Shown here piece by piece: positions 63,777 to 64,000 of a stretch of 64,000 nucleotides of DNA (the stretch's first letter is position 1; each line of letters opens with the position of its first letter). The stretch is taken from positions 149,544,001 through 149,608,000 of the forward strand of contig NC_059428.1 in the NCBI RefSeq assembly GCF_021028975.2, read 5' to 3'. The notes under the pieces were generated by a model that was not told where the DNA came from, ran no database searches, and saw only the letters and a program-made list of their open reading frames with translations. A program made the translations under genes and the position numbers. The DNA is from Sphaerodactylus townsendi. Taxonomy: Eukaryota.

Positions 63777-64000
63777 AAGAGTTTGGATTTATATGCTGCC
63801 TTTCCCTCCTGTAAGGAGACTCAAGGTGGCCTACAAGCTCCTTTCCCTTCCTCTTTCCACAACAGACACCTGGTGAGGTAGGTGGGGCTGAGAGAGTTCT
63901 GAGAGAACTGGGACTACCCCAAGGTCACCCGGCAGGAATGTAGGAGTGCAGAAACACACCTGGTTCACCAGATAAGCCTCCGCCACTCAGGTGGAGGAGC
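63777..64000 (-). mobile_element. Squam3-like SINE, cut by the window end
   Basis: AAGAGTTTGGATTTAT...CCCAAGGTCACCC...GATAAGCCTCCGCCACTCAGGTGGAGGAG. Confidence 0.85.

Overview
GC-rich, gene-dense vertebrate genomic DNA, almost certainly squamate and probably a gecko (abundant tRNA-derived Squam3-like SINEs with (CTT)n tails, CR1 LINEs, SPIN-like hAT MITEs). Six spliced protein-coding genes were reconstructed by hand from splice signals and recalled human orthologues: ERN2/IRE1-beta (+, 5'-truncated, 18 exons), DCTN5 (-, complete, 182 aa), PALB2 (+, 13 exons, exon 9 partly in a 207-nt N gap), NDUFAB1 (+, complete, 143 aa), TNRC6A/GW182 (+, ~25 exons, with a cluster of frameshifts that looks like local assembly error) and the last five coding exons of TRAF7 (-). 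The most striking unexplained structure is a perfect 34-nt long-range complementarity inside the TNRC6A pre-mRNA (37251-37284 vs 40047-40080). It covers the 3' half and 5' splice site of a 48-nt symmetric micro-exon and would loop out exon 5, making it a candidate RNA-structure splicing switch. Other points: PLK1 is missing from its human-syntenic position; PALB2 has a 58-aa C-terminal extension, no ETGE motif and a GC splice donor; there is a triple-nested DNA-transposon stack; and a ~3-kb palindrome-rich CpG-rich element lies between TNRC6A and TRAF7. Orthologue and repeat-family names come from recall, not database searches.
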